Assembly: GCA_002104905.1 (NCBI GenBank)
Contig: MCFE01000264.1
Span: 44,362 to 108,361, forward strand
Length of the DNA: 64,000 nucleotides
Reading direction: 5' to 3'
Source of the DNA: Basidiobolus meristosporus CBS 931.73
Taxonomy: Eukaryota; Fungi; Basidiobolomycota
In this document: positions 11,035 to 21,712 of the stretch, piece after piece
Numbering within the stretch: the stretch's first letter is position 1
Layout: each line of letters opens with the position of its first letter
Notes under the pieces: model-generated
The model's input: only the letters and a program-made list of their open reading frames with translations
The model's database searches: none
What the model was told of the DNA's origin: nothing
Made by a program: the position numbers and the translations under genes

Positions 11035-14000
11035 CTAAATGCTCATACTGACTAGTCCTAATTTTGACCTAAGATATTCAAACTTGTCTCTAGCTAATGG
11101 TTTGGTAAATATGTCTGCAATCATTTCATCTGTAGGACAGTAAACTAAGCTAACTAAGTTATTCTCTATAGCTTCACGTATGAAATGATGTCTAATATCT
11201 ATGTGCTTGGTTCTAGCATGAAAAGTTGGATTTCTACCTAATTGTATACATCCTTGATTATCTTGAAATAAAGTAATAGGCGTTTTTTGACATAGGCCTA
11301 AATCTGTAAATAGCTTTCTTAACCACATTGCTACTTTTGTAGCTTCACAGGCTGCCATATACTCTGCCTCTGTGGTGGAAAGTGCTACGGTTGGTTGCTT
11401 TCTTGAATTCCATGAAATTGCTCCTTTACAGTAAAGAAAAGTGTATTCTGTGGTGGATCTTCTGTCTTCTAAATTTTGTCCCCAATCAGCATCAGAGTAT
11501 CCCACAAGATCCTGTTCTGAATCCTTATAAGTGTATCTTAAGCAGATATCAGCAGTTCCTTTTAGGTATCTAAAAATCCGCTTAACTGCCGCAATATGAT
11601 CAGATCCATAATTTGGATTATGTTGGCTGACAACTCCCACTGAATATGAGATATCTGGATGTGTTCCAAGCATGATATACATCAGACTGCCGACCATAGA
11701 TTGATAAGGAAAGTCAGGGCTTTCAGATGGCACCAAGCTCTCTTGATTTGGTTGAGTTTTGACCAAGTTAAGGTTTGTCTCCATTGGGGTAGCTGCCGGT
11801 TTACAGTCTTCCATTTTGTACTTCTTTAGTATATCTTGAATATACTTGGATTGGCTTAGGGTAATAGTCTGGGTACTTCTGTCTATGGAGAACTTAATCC
11901 CTAAGTAGTAACTAAGTTCTCCTAAATCAGACATCTTGAACTCCTTAGATAGGCTGGATTTAGTCTCTTCCAATGTTTCTAGGTTATTGGCGACTATAAT
12001 AAGATCATCCACATATAGAGCTAATATAACTGGATTTGCTCTATCTGGCTTATAGTATATACTATAGTCAGCATTACTTCTTTTGAAACTCAAAGATTCC
12101 AAATATGAATCTATCTTGCAATTCCAGGCTCTCAGTGATTGTTTGAGACCATATAGTGACTTTTTAAGCTTGCAGACCAAATGGGGGTTATTTTGGTCAA
12201 CAAACCCATCAGGCTGGTCCATATACACGTCCTCATCAAGTTCTCCATTCAAAAATGCAGTTTTTACATCAATTTGATGAATAAAAAACTTATATTTGGC
12301 TGCAATAGCCAATATTAATATGATGGAATTAAACTTGGCTACCGGTGCAAAGGTCTCAGTATAGTCAAGTCCTTTTGTTTGAGAGTATCCTTTGGCTACA
12401 AGTCTTGCTTTGTATCTTTCAATTGTACCATCAGACTTGTATTTTGTCTTGAAGACCCATCTGCATCCAATTGATTTTTTGACTATGTCCCAAGTTTGAT
12501 TTTCCATCAGGGCCTGATATTCCTCAGTCATTGCAGATCTCCAAAACTTTGTCTGAGGGCTATTTAGGGCCTCTTTTACAGTCTGGGGCTCATCAATATG
12601 GACTGCATAGGCATAGGCTAAGTTTGTACCCTCATTAATATAGTAATTCGGGCTATTTCTTGTCCAATTGGATCTCCGGGCATTTGATACTGGAATGATC
12701 ACTTCTGGGATATTCCTGGGCACTGATTCTGGCTGAACCACAGTTGTAGAGTCCTCTGGAGTGAAAAAATTTTCATTGTTTTGCTCTGATTCAATCCTGA
12801 CAATTGGTGGACTTGAGATCAGATTTTTGTCATCATCTGATGTCATTTTTTGTGAAAATTTTGAATTTTCATCAAACAACACATCCCTGGACTTGATCAG
12901 CTTCTTTGCTTTGGTATTGTAGAGTCTGTATGCCTTACTCTCATTGCAGTAGCTCAATAATATACATTTTACACTTTTTGGCTCAAATTTTGACTGATTT
13001 CCGGCCAGTTTTTTGGCATATGCTGTACACCCAAATATTCTTAGATGTTCTGCACTTGGTCTGTATCCATACCATGCTTCAAATGGAGTAGAATCAACAA
13101 GTATTCTGTTATAACTCCTATTTTTAAGATATACAGCAGTGGCAACTGATTCCGCCCAAAAATCATAGGATAATTTTTGATCATGGATCATACATCTTGC
13201 CATATCAATTATTGATCTGTTAGCTTGTTCTGCTACTCCATTTTGCTGTGGGGAGTATGGTACAGTAGTCTCTTGCTTTATCCCATGAATTTTGCAGAAG
13301 TGGATGAAGAGTTTGGAGGTATATTCTCCACCATTGTCAGAGCGTATTTTCTTGATTTTTTCACCAGTTTCTCTCTCCACCATGGCTTTAAACTCCCTGA
13401 TCTTAGACAGAGCTTCTTCCTTTCTCTCCATGAAGTAGACCCATGTGTATCTTGTATAATCATCAATAAAAGTGATTAAATACTTCATCCCGCCTAAGGA
13501 TAAATTTTGCATAGGTCCACACAGATCTGAGTGAATTAGATCTAATTTTTTCTTAGTTTTGATTAACCCAGAACTCTTAAACGGTTGTCTGGCTTGTTTC
13601 CCATATATGCAGGCTTCACAGTGCTCCAAATTAGCTGGGGGATCAATTTTCACTCCAGAAATTAGCTGATCTTTGATCATTTTACGCAAATAATCAAAAT
13701 TGATGTGTCCAAATCTCCTGTGCCAAAGCATTGGTGTTTCTTCATTTAAGTTACTTATATTGGCTTCCAAATATGATGGAATATAAGTCAACCTGTATAG
13801 ATTCTGATCTCTGATGCCCAAAGCAATATGAGCACCATTTTGATCAGTGATCCTGCATCCAGAATTGTCAAAACTGAAACTGAGTCCTTCTGCTGTGGCC
13901 TTGCTTACAGAGAGTAGGTTCTTGGCTATTTCTGGTACATAGAGTACTTCTTTAAAGGTCAGTGTATGGCTTCCTTCACTGCTTCTAAGGTTTACTTGGA

Positions 14001-14991
14001 TAGTTCCTTCTCCCACTGCATCAAGTGTTCTATTGTCACCCATGAAAACCTTCTTAATTGGAATTTCTTGATATTGGGTAAAAAGTTCTTTTTGGTGTGT
14101 AAAGTGTTGAGAAGCTCCAGAGTCAATATACCACGTCTGAGAATCCTTGTTTGTGGTCATATTTAGTGCAGATATCAATAGTCTATCTTCAGTTGTTGCA
14201 GCATTTCCATATTCAGGCTTCTTTTGCTGATAATCTCTCTTTTTGAGACACCGGTCTGATGTGTGTCCTTTCCTTTTGCAGTAGTTGCAAAATAGGTTGC
14301 TGTTGCCTTTGTAGGGTCTTGGGTACCTCCTTTGTTGGTTATCATTGCTTATTAAAGCATTTTCTTCTTCCTTCTTATTGGCGCTTGATTTCCTTAATTC
14401 TTCATCCAGGAGCCTTCCATATACGTAATTTAAGGTCAAATCTTCAGTTCTGGACTCTAGGGCTGATACAAGGCCCTGAAACTCGTCTGTCAGGCTATTC
14501 AGGATGGTAACTATCACATCCTCATCAGTAGTTGGTACACCCACAGATTCCATCTCCTCTACCAGCAGGGTAATTCTGTTAATTGGATATTTCATTTCTT
14601 CTCCTGGCAGCATCTTTGTAGTAAAGAATTTTCTTCTCAGATACATTTTCTTGGCAGCTGAACATGACTGGTAGGTGTCTTCTAATGCCTTCCAGGCATT
14701 CTTTGCCGTTTTTGCTCTTGAGCATTGAATTAGCAATTTGTCCTTGACATTAAGGCAAATGCAGTTAAAGGCACTTTGTTCTTTCTTCTGGTACTTTAAG
14801 GCTTCCTCTCCCACATTTTTAGGAGGGCATTCTTCTCCCATGACAATATCCCAAAGGCCTCTTTCTTGTAGCAGCATCTTCATCTTCACCTTCCACACTT
14901 GGTAGTTAGAGCCATCCAACTTTTCAGCAGAGGGAAAAATTCCAGTAATAGCAGTAGCGGACATTGCAGAGAGTGACAGCTTGGGGCTCAT
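11035..14991 (-). CDS. Copia Gag-Pol polyprotein, uninterrupted ORF (~1318 aa from the ATG inside the PBS)
   Basis: Gag (KLDGSNYQVWK), zinc knuckle CNYCKRKGHTSDRC, protease WYIDSGASQH, integrase HHCC plus D,D35E (HSDLCGP, RSDNGGEY, QNGVAE), RT (KARLVAKG, ALYVDDL), RNase H (YSDADWG, TEAEY, QDNQG, ADIFTK). Copia order PR-IN-RT-RH. Carries a 15-nt in-frame deletion relative to the other copies. Confidence 0.95.
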   Translation of the reverse strand: MSPKLSLSAMSATAITGIFPSAEKLDGSNYQVWKVKMKMLLQERGLWDIVMGEECPPKNVGEEALKYQKKEQSAFNCICLNVKDKLLIQCSRAKTAKNAWKALEDTYQSCSAAKKMYLRRKFFTTKMLPGEEMKYPINRITLLVEEMESVGVPTTDEDVIVTILNSLTDEFQGLVSALESRTEDLTLNYVYGRLLDEELRKSSANKKEEENALISNDNQQRRYPRPYKGNSNLFCNYCKRKGHTSDRCLKKRDYQQKKPEYGNAATTEDRLLISALNMTTNKDSQTWYIDSGASQHFTHQKELFTQYQEIPIKKVFMGDNRTLDAVGEGTIQVNLRSSEGSHTLTFKEVLYVPEIAKNLLSVSKATAEGLSFSFDNSGCRITDQNGAHIALGIRDQNLYRLTYIPSYLEANISNLNEETPMLWHRRFGHINFDYLRKMIKDQLISGVKIDPPANLEHCEACIYGKQARQPFKSSGLIKTKKKLDLIHSDLCGPMQNLSLGGMKYLITFIDDYTRYTWVYFMERKEEALSKIREFKAMVERETGEKIKKIRSDNGGEYTSKLFIHFCKIHGIKQETTVPYSPQQNGVAEQANRSIIDMARCMIHDQKLSYDFWAESVATAVYLKNRSYNRILVDSTPFEAWYGYRPSAEHLRIFGCTAYAKKLAGNQSKFEPKSVKCILLSYCNESKAYRLYNTKAKKLIKSRDVLFDENSKFSQKMTSDDDKNLISSPPIVRIESEQNNENFFTPEDSTTVVQPESVPRNIPEVIIPVSNARRSNWTRNSPNYYINEGTNLAYAYAVHIDEPQTVKEALNSPQTKFWRSAMTEEYQALMENQTWDIVKKSIGCRWVFKTKYKSDGTIERYKARLVAKGYSQTKGLDYTETFAPVAKFNSIILILAIAAKYKFFIHQIDVKTAFLNGELDEDVYMDQPDGFVDQNNPHLVCKLKKSLYGLKQSLRAWNCKIDSYLESLSFKRSNADYSIYYKPDRANPVILALYVDDLIIVANNLETLEETKSSLSKEFKMSDLGELSYYLGIKFSIDRSTQTITLSQSKYIQDILKKYKMEDCKPAATPMETNLNLVKTQPNQESLVPSESPDFPYQSMVGSLMYIMLGTHPDISYSVGVVSQHNPNYGSDHIAAVKRIFRYLKGTADICLRYTYKDSEQDLVGYSDADWGQNLEDRRSTTEYTFLYCKGAISWNSRKQPTVALSTTEAEYMAACEATKVAMWLRKLFTDLGLCQKTPITLFQDNQGCIQLGRNPTFHARTKHIDIRHHFIREAIENNLVSLVYCPTDEMIADIFTKPLARDKFEYLRSKLGLVSMSI

Positions 14992-14995
14992 AACC
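14984..14995 (-). other. Primer-binding site GGTTATGAGCCC (also at 36041..36052 -, 59024..59035 +, 63421..63432 +; variant at 29380..29391 -)
   Basis: Abuts the 5' LTR in every copy. Its reverse complement GGGCTCATAACC matches the anticodon arm of eukaryotic initiator tRNA-Met. Confidence 0.9.
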
Positions 14996-15599
14996 TGTTG
15001 TAAGAGTCTTGGAGATATTGGAAGTGATTGGGAGAACAAGTAGATTATGTGGTTTTCACTTAATGATTTATTGAATGTAAAAGTAGTATTTATACTTTTA
15101 CCTGGTCTTGGCATTACAAACACGTAGAATAGGTTAAGGAAGGTCCCAAGAGCATGTGTGCAAAGTTTGGGGCTGTTTGGACAACTTTGAGAATTTTCAT
15201 GTTCTGGGTACCTGGCATTTTGGTGAAAATATTCTAAGTAAATCCCAACAAGGAATTTGGTCAGTATTCTCTAGGATTTGAAGGTGATGATCTAAGTGAC
15301 TAAGTTAGGTGAATATTTAGGTGGAAATACAAATTTTTACAACAACTTGATGGTATTTTGATGGCCTCACAACAAGACTCTGATGGCATTACATTGGCAG
15401 TATGACAGCCTGCAGCTGGTTCTGTATAATGCTACTGTACCAATTTACCAAATGGTATTTCCTTTTCTACCTCCCCTTGTGAAATTCATATATTCCACTG
15501 TAGAATTGCCCCTCTTTATTTGCTTACCCACTACTACCTTGGGTATTTCACATATAGTCTGAATCAAAAAAAACATGGCCTCCTGCTTACTAACCTCTA

Positions 15600-17620
15600 C
15601 AAATGCGCATACCTGCCGCATCTTGCAAGCATATGCTTGGTTGTCACCACTTTTGCCATAAATACCTCCTGAATATCAGCAAAGAACTTCTTGGTATTTA
15701 GCCAATATATTCCTTCTCCCTACTGGATTCTAGTCCCCCTTATAGGTGTGCTCTGGCTTTTGTTTGTGTCAATTCCATATTGAATGGTGTAGAAGTTGGC
15801 TTTGACCAAGAGAAAGCCAGTATACTTTGGTTGAGTTTTCCTATAAAAATTAGTTGCTTGTTGCTCCCAACCCAACTTTGGATTACTTAACTGATTACCC
15901 ATGCATTAGGGCTACTTAGCTTCTTAATGCCATATGCATAGGTGTGTTCATGTGCACATTTGCCCTTGGTAATTTTCAACTCTTCCTGGCTGTTCTCCAT
16001 GTGCCAACTCATCACATCCATGCTGGACTTTAAGGTAATATTCTTGATGAGATTTGGATATGGTAGGACCTGCAACTTGACTTGTCTTCCTATCTCTTCA
16101 CACATCTGCTCTATAGGAGGCTCCCAAAAGGTGAGGCAAGGCCCAATATTCTCCACACACTGTGCAAGATGGAGTAGAGAATGGATTCAGTAGCAGCAGA
16201 GATCTACATGTTCAGCTTTATGCTTTTAGTATAGCTGCTCAAATCCTGTCACAAACTCCTTGAACAACAGCTGTAGATGCATCAGGTTGGCACTGGCAAT
16301 CCACTTCTGGATAAATATTCTTACAATGTCCACATATGACTCCCAATGCTCCAATGCACTCTTGGTAGGAATGGCTTCAGAATGCCACTTGAATAAATAT
16401 ATATCCAGTTCATCCAGTCTTTGCATTTGTATTGTTGCATATAGGTATGAATATTAATTGGAGCCTGAGAGAAGTACTTAGGGAAGCAGACACTCTGTAA
16501 TATCTTGCCAACTGTTTCAGATTTCTCTGGTATTTCAGAGGGCTCATTTAGCTTGAAATGCCCCATGTACAACTTGGTCATCAGTATACGGATATGGTTG
16601 AAAAGCAAATACATTACTCCCAGTGGAAAGCTTTAGCTCCAACAAATACCCTCTATCTTGAGTATCTCCAGTTTCCAATTGATTCCATATTCTGGCCAGT
16701 GACCTATAGCTTGCCAACTTTGCTGCAATTGCATGCTGACTTCTGTACATTCTCTTGGTGGAAAGATGATATTCTTAGTGCTGGTGTTTGGGTAATAATA
16801 ATGTGTGTGAGTTTTGGAGTAACTCCCCTTGATCTCACACATTTGACAGCAATACCATCCATTGTGCCTGGATAACCTGCTATCTTGCTGATAGCTGGGG
16901 TATCTCCTATACAAATAATACTATGCACTTTTACATGATGGCCATTTACTGTTATCTTGCTGGAAAGCATACAAAATTTTTCCAGCAATGGATACAAGTC
17001 ACTATTCAGGTTAGACAGTGATTTAGGCCCAGATACTAGTGAGACTACCATCAGATTATTGCTCTGATACCATAAGTTGAGTGGCAGATTCTGGGATGAA
17101 TTTGGCAAGAGGCAGTAATATATCCTAAAAGCCCCCATTACTAATATTAGTGGAAATGTGACACCTCTCTAGCCACATCATTGTATCACTCACCAGTTGC
17201 TGGATTACTGGGCTCACTTGGCTCCATAAAGTATCCTTGGCATTTGTTTCAATGGGTGTTGTCTCATTGCATATAGGGATCTGACTGGGCTCATATGCAG
17301 TACTGTCAATAGGGGAGAAAGGCTCAAAATCTATCAGTGAACCTTCCTTGTCAGAGCAATCACTCTGCATGCTATATTCAGAAGGCTGAGATGAGGCTAA
17401 AGGCATCACAAACACACCTAACTCAGTTTGCACAAGGTGCCAAAGATGGCCAGATGCTGTTATAGAAGTATTAACTGGCCAGCAAGATAATGTTGGTGCA
17501 GTAGTGACCAATGAATGGTCAAATAGGACTTGTGTGGCAAAACACTGGCCATGATCCTTGCAATACTCCCTATGCTGTCTGCGTGCTTCATGGCTGAGAG
17601 ACTTGCCACAATAGCCACAT
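15600..17620 (-). pseudogene. CACTA (Transposase_21/DUF4218-like) transposase remnant
   Basis: Fragments LNLWYQSNNLMVVSLVSGPKS..LNSDLYPLL, IICIGDTPAISKIAGY, KDWMNW, ENIGPCLTFWEPPIEQ match the CACTA transposase core. Many stops and frameshifts, with an internal deletion. Confidence 0.85.
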
Positions 17621-17981
17621 GGTCTTTTTCTCTTCTCTTATGGCGTTGAGTCAAAGTTATCCTGTCCATGGGGCAAACAGTTTGACCTTCAACTGTGTAA
17701 TGCTATTATTTCACTTTTTGGTCAATATTCATGTGAACTTAAGACAGTCTTGTATTTGAGACATTGCACCTACATGAATGTAAGATTCAATGATAACCTG
17801 CCATAGTATGCATTATAAATAAAGTTATGGCTCCACATACACATGTATATGTAACACTATTTCCCCATTGGTTTGACTCACTTCCATATATATACTGCCA
17901 AAGGATAAAGCAAAGTCATCTGATTCCCAACCAAACCCCACCACTGACAGCAACAGAAGAACTGTTGGACAACAGCTTGCT

Positions 17982-19800
17982 TTGACATTTAGTGCAACAA
18001 GCAGGGCTACATCCAAAAAAGGCCCTGTGGACAGTGTGCCCATTGAAGGTAATAATGTGGACTCCTCAGGCTCTCAGTCAAGTTGGCAGTTGAGAACCTC
18101 CACAGAGCCACAAGATGACTGTTATGCTGAGGCAGATGAGAATGTAGCAAATGCAGTACCCTCAGTTGAAGACCAGCAAGTGGCTGTCAAAACAATACCA
18201 CCATGCATATTAGCAAGTATGTTGTCAGCTCATACCAAAGCATTAATGAAGCAATTAGGTGCAGTGGCTGCTATGATAGATGCAATGGCCCAGAGAAATC
18301 AGGAAATAGTCCAGAATCAGGATGAGCAGATAACATGTGTAGAGCAATCAATATCCCGGGTAGAGAAAGCAGTATCTTTACTGGAAAGAAGAAACCCAAG
18401 TTGCACAATGTCACAGCCAAGAACTGAGCCATTTCCCAATGTAACAGCAGAGAAACACTGTACAGTCTTTGAAGCACAACAACAGCACCCAAAGATAAAG
18501 CCCACAGAAAAACCTATCACAGCCTGGAAGGGAGACAGTGTGGTGTGTATACCAAAGCCTAAAAATCAAAAGACATTGAAGATCTGTGAAGCTGTTGAGT
18601 GCAATAATGAAGAGTGGGCTGATATTCAAGAGGCTGTCTGATGTCTAGCACACCATCACGTCCAGGCCAGCATACCATGGGACCATCAGGAACTCAAGGC
18701 CAAGCAGAATGCACATGACTTGTTCTATGAGCATTATACTGGATTCAAACAGGCAAATGGATTTTGGGCCAGCATTGGTATGCTAAGAAAGTATCTTAAG
18801 AATGGCAGCAACTATCAATGTCACAGGAACAAGGGTGCCATGGCTAAAAGCCAGCGGCATTCTCAAGAGCCTGTTAAAAGCAGGGCCAAATGCTCCAGAC
18901 AAGCATCAAAGAGATGTCAGATAGCTGGAAGAGTGTCAATTAGGGACAAGCAGGCAGACATAGATGCACCAGCACAACATTTATTCAAGGAAAAAGCGTA
19001 GTATCACTCAAGAAGCACTCAGTCAATGCAGCAGTGAAGGACCTAGCAGTGATAAAACCAGCGGCTTTTACAGGAGCCCACCACAACTATGGTTGAGAGC
19101 TCAAAACAGGCAAAAAAGAAACAGCAGGTTGCCAGAAGAGTGCCAGCAAGGAACAAGCAGGCCTAAGCAGATGCTCCAGAGCAGAATTTATCAAAGACAA
19201 AGTGTAGTTCTTTATAAAAAGCACTCAGACAAAGTTGCAGCAAAAGACCTGGCAGTGATTAAGCAAAAGGTAAAGGGAAAAATGTCTACCCAAGCCTGAG
19301 AAAGGGAGGCATGAAAAAAAAACTGCAGTTCTTACCAATTAATGCCGCAAGCCTAGAACTGACTGAATCTCTTCATAGCCAAGAAGAATTACAAATAAGA
19401 AAATAGCTGTCTTCACAAGAGTTGTAAGCACAGCCAGTTGAGCTACACTGCAGCAAGGTAGATGAGTTTGCTGAATAAGGCAATTTGTCTACCACAGCCT
19501 CCTCATCCTCCATTGTTGACAAAGTAAAGATCCCACTAACAGACAAGGCTACAATGTCAAGAGCTCAAAAGACTACCACTAAGCCTTTAGTGTAATTTTG
19601 GAACATTAATAGTCACACCAAGAGGTTGCAGCACTTCTTCAAGAGCAGTGCTGAAGAAAACGCAATGGAATATTGCAAGGACTTATTGCAAAGACTGGCA
19701 GATGAGGTGCTAGACCTTGCAGTGGTGGTTGAAGACCAGGATGTGTAGGAACCAGTGAATGAACAGTGGCATTAAGCCATTGGGTTCCTGCCAAAGTTGT
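17982..19800 (+). pseudogene. CACTA accessory ORF (ORF1) remnant, unknown function
   Basis: 219-aa ORF 17982..18641 plus continuing fragments. Homologous remnants at ~23300..24910 (-), ~42800..44650 (-) and ~48950..50530 (+). End coordinate approximate. Confidence 0.7.
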
Positions 19801-20291
19801 GGAAACAGAGTGTTACAGCAGAAATACTTCTCGAGTGGTGGATTTTAATGTTTTTACTTGTTGAGTGTGGGGTTGGGCATATTGTTAGTGTTGGGTATAG
19901 GGACTTGTATAGGTCAATACAATTGGCAATTGAGGTATATCTGAAGTTTTGACAAAAATAAATTTATTTGCACCCATGAAATGTCAGAGAAATGGTTGAG
20001 TCAGGAAGTAAGGAGCATGAAAAAGAGGCAATTGCCAATCAATGCACTCAAAGGTAGGAGGCAGTAGAGTGTCCAGGATCAGAAAGTGAGCAAATTGGCA
20101 GGGAACCAATCAAATGCCACTTATACATCATTGTGATGAAAAATTTTGACTAAGATTTTTGTGAAATATGGGGTGTAATAATCTTCAATGGTCTCTGGAC
20201 AGTATCCTGATGGGATCAGTACCTCTTAGTCAGAGGACTCTAACTTTGTGATGGCCTTTCGACAGGATCATCTCAATAACTTTTCATTGGG

Positions 20292-21712
20292 ATATGACCT
20301 AGAGATCATCCCAATACTAGCATGTGTTAACAGTTACATGGCATTCACATCAGAAAATGCCACCATTGCAAGTGGCCCAACTTGTCAGGAATCCACCACC
20401 ATTGGGGGAAAGCATTGTTCACACTCCAGATATATTCTGGTAATACCCCGTATTAAGAAGCTCATGCTGTCCAACAAATGTTGTGAAGCTATAAAGTACC
20501 ACACTCAGTATCAATCAAGCGCAAATGTATCAGATATATTCAATGGCAAACATTACAAACAGCTAAGAAGCAAGGGCTACTTTGAAGGTATGTATGACCA
20601 TGCCTTTGCCTTAGCACTTGATGGATTCTAATTAAACAAGTACTCTACCAGCAAATCCTTCTGGCTACTGATTCTTGTCAACATGAGCCTGCTGCCTATC
20701 CTATGGTATCAGAGCCAAGATCTGATGGTAGTCTCACTGGTATCTGGGCCTAAGTCACTGTTCAACCTGAACAGCTACCTGTATCTATTGCTGGATGAGT
20801 CTTGTATGCTTTCCAGTGGGATGACATTAATTGGCCATCCTGTAAAGTGCATATTATTATATGCATTGCAGATACCCCAGCCATCAGCAAGATAGCGGCT
20901 TTTCTGGACACAATGGATGGTATTGCTCTCAGATGTATGAGATCCAGGGGACTTATTCCATAACTCACATACATTATTATTGCCCAAATACCTACACTAA
21001 GAACATCATCTTTCAACAGAGAGAGCATACAGAAATCAGCATGCAATTTGAGCAAAGTTGGCAAACTATATGCAATTGACCTGAATATGGAATTAATTGG
21101 AAACCAGATATACTTAAGATAGAGGGTATTTGTTGCAGCAAAAGCTTTCTACTGGGAGCAATGCTTTTGCCTATCAACAATATCTCCAGACTGATGACCA
21201 GGTTGTACCAGGGGAATTTCAAGCTAATTGAGCCCTTTGAGATACCAGAGAAATTTGAAAGAATTGGAAAGATATCACAAAGTATCTGCTACCCTAGGTA
21301 CCTTTCACAAGCTCTAATCCACATCTATATGCATATGCAACAATGCAGGTGCAAGGACTGGATGAACTAGATATGTATTGATTCAAGTGGCCTTCTGAAG
21401 CCATTTCTTCCAAGAATACATTGGAAGCATTGGGAGTCATAAGTAAACATTGTAGGAATATCTATATGGAAGTAGATCACTAATGCCAACTTGACACATC
21501 TACAGCTTTGTGCAAAGAGTTTGTTATGGGATTTGAGTGGCTATATTACAAACATAAAGCTGAGCTTGTAGATATCTGCTGCTACTGTATTCACTTGCTA
21601 CTCCATCTTGCCTGGTGTGTTGAGAATATTAGACCTTGCTTCACCTTTTGGGAGTTTCCTATAGAGCAGATGTGTGGGGAGATAGGAAGACAAGTCAAGT
21701 CGCAGGTACTAC
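20292..21712 (+). pseudogene. Internal fragment of an older CACTA transposase
   Basis: ILACVNSYMAF..CQES, SDIFNGKHYKQL, FALALDGF, VSLVSGPKS and FTFWEFPIEQ motifs. Bounded on both sides by CACTA termini. Confidence 0.85.

Larger units (their letters stand above)
10676..15344 (-). mobile_element. Full-length Ty1/copia LTR retrotransposon, copy 1 (3' LTR 10676..11023; 5' LTR 14996..15344)
   Basis: 348/349 bp LTRs with TGTTGTA/TACAACA ends, ~7 differences by eye. PBS 14984..14995, PPT 11024..11033. Flanks ATTTT and ACTTG do not form a TSD. Confidence 0.97.
15345..20291 (-). mobile_element. Degenerate CACTA/EnSpm DNA transposon, one terminus retained at 20291
   Basis: Transposase remnants on - and accessory ORF remnants on +. 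Ends ...ttttcattggg (rc CCCAATGAAAA), matching the terminus at 42272. The other end is cut off at the copia LTR. Confidence 0.88.
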
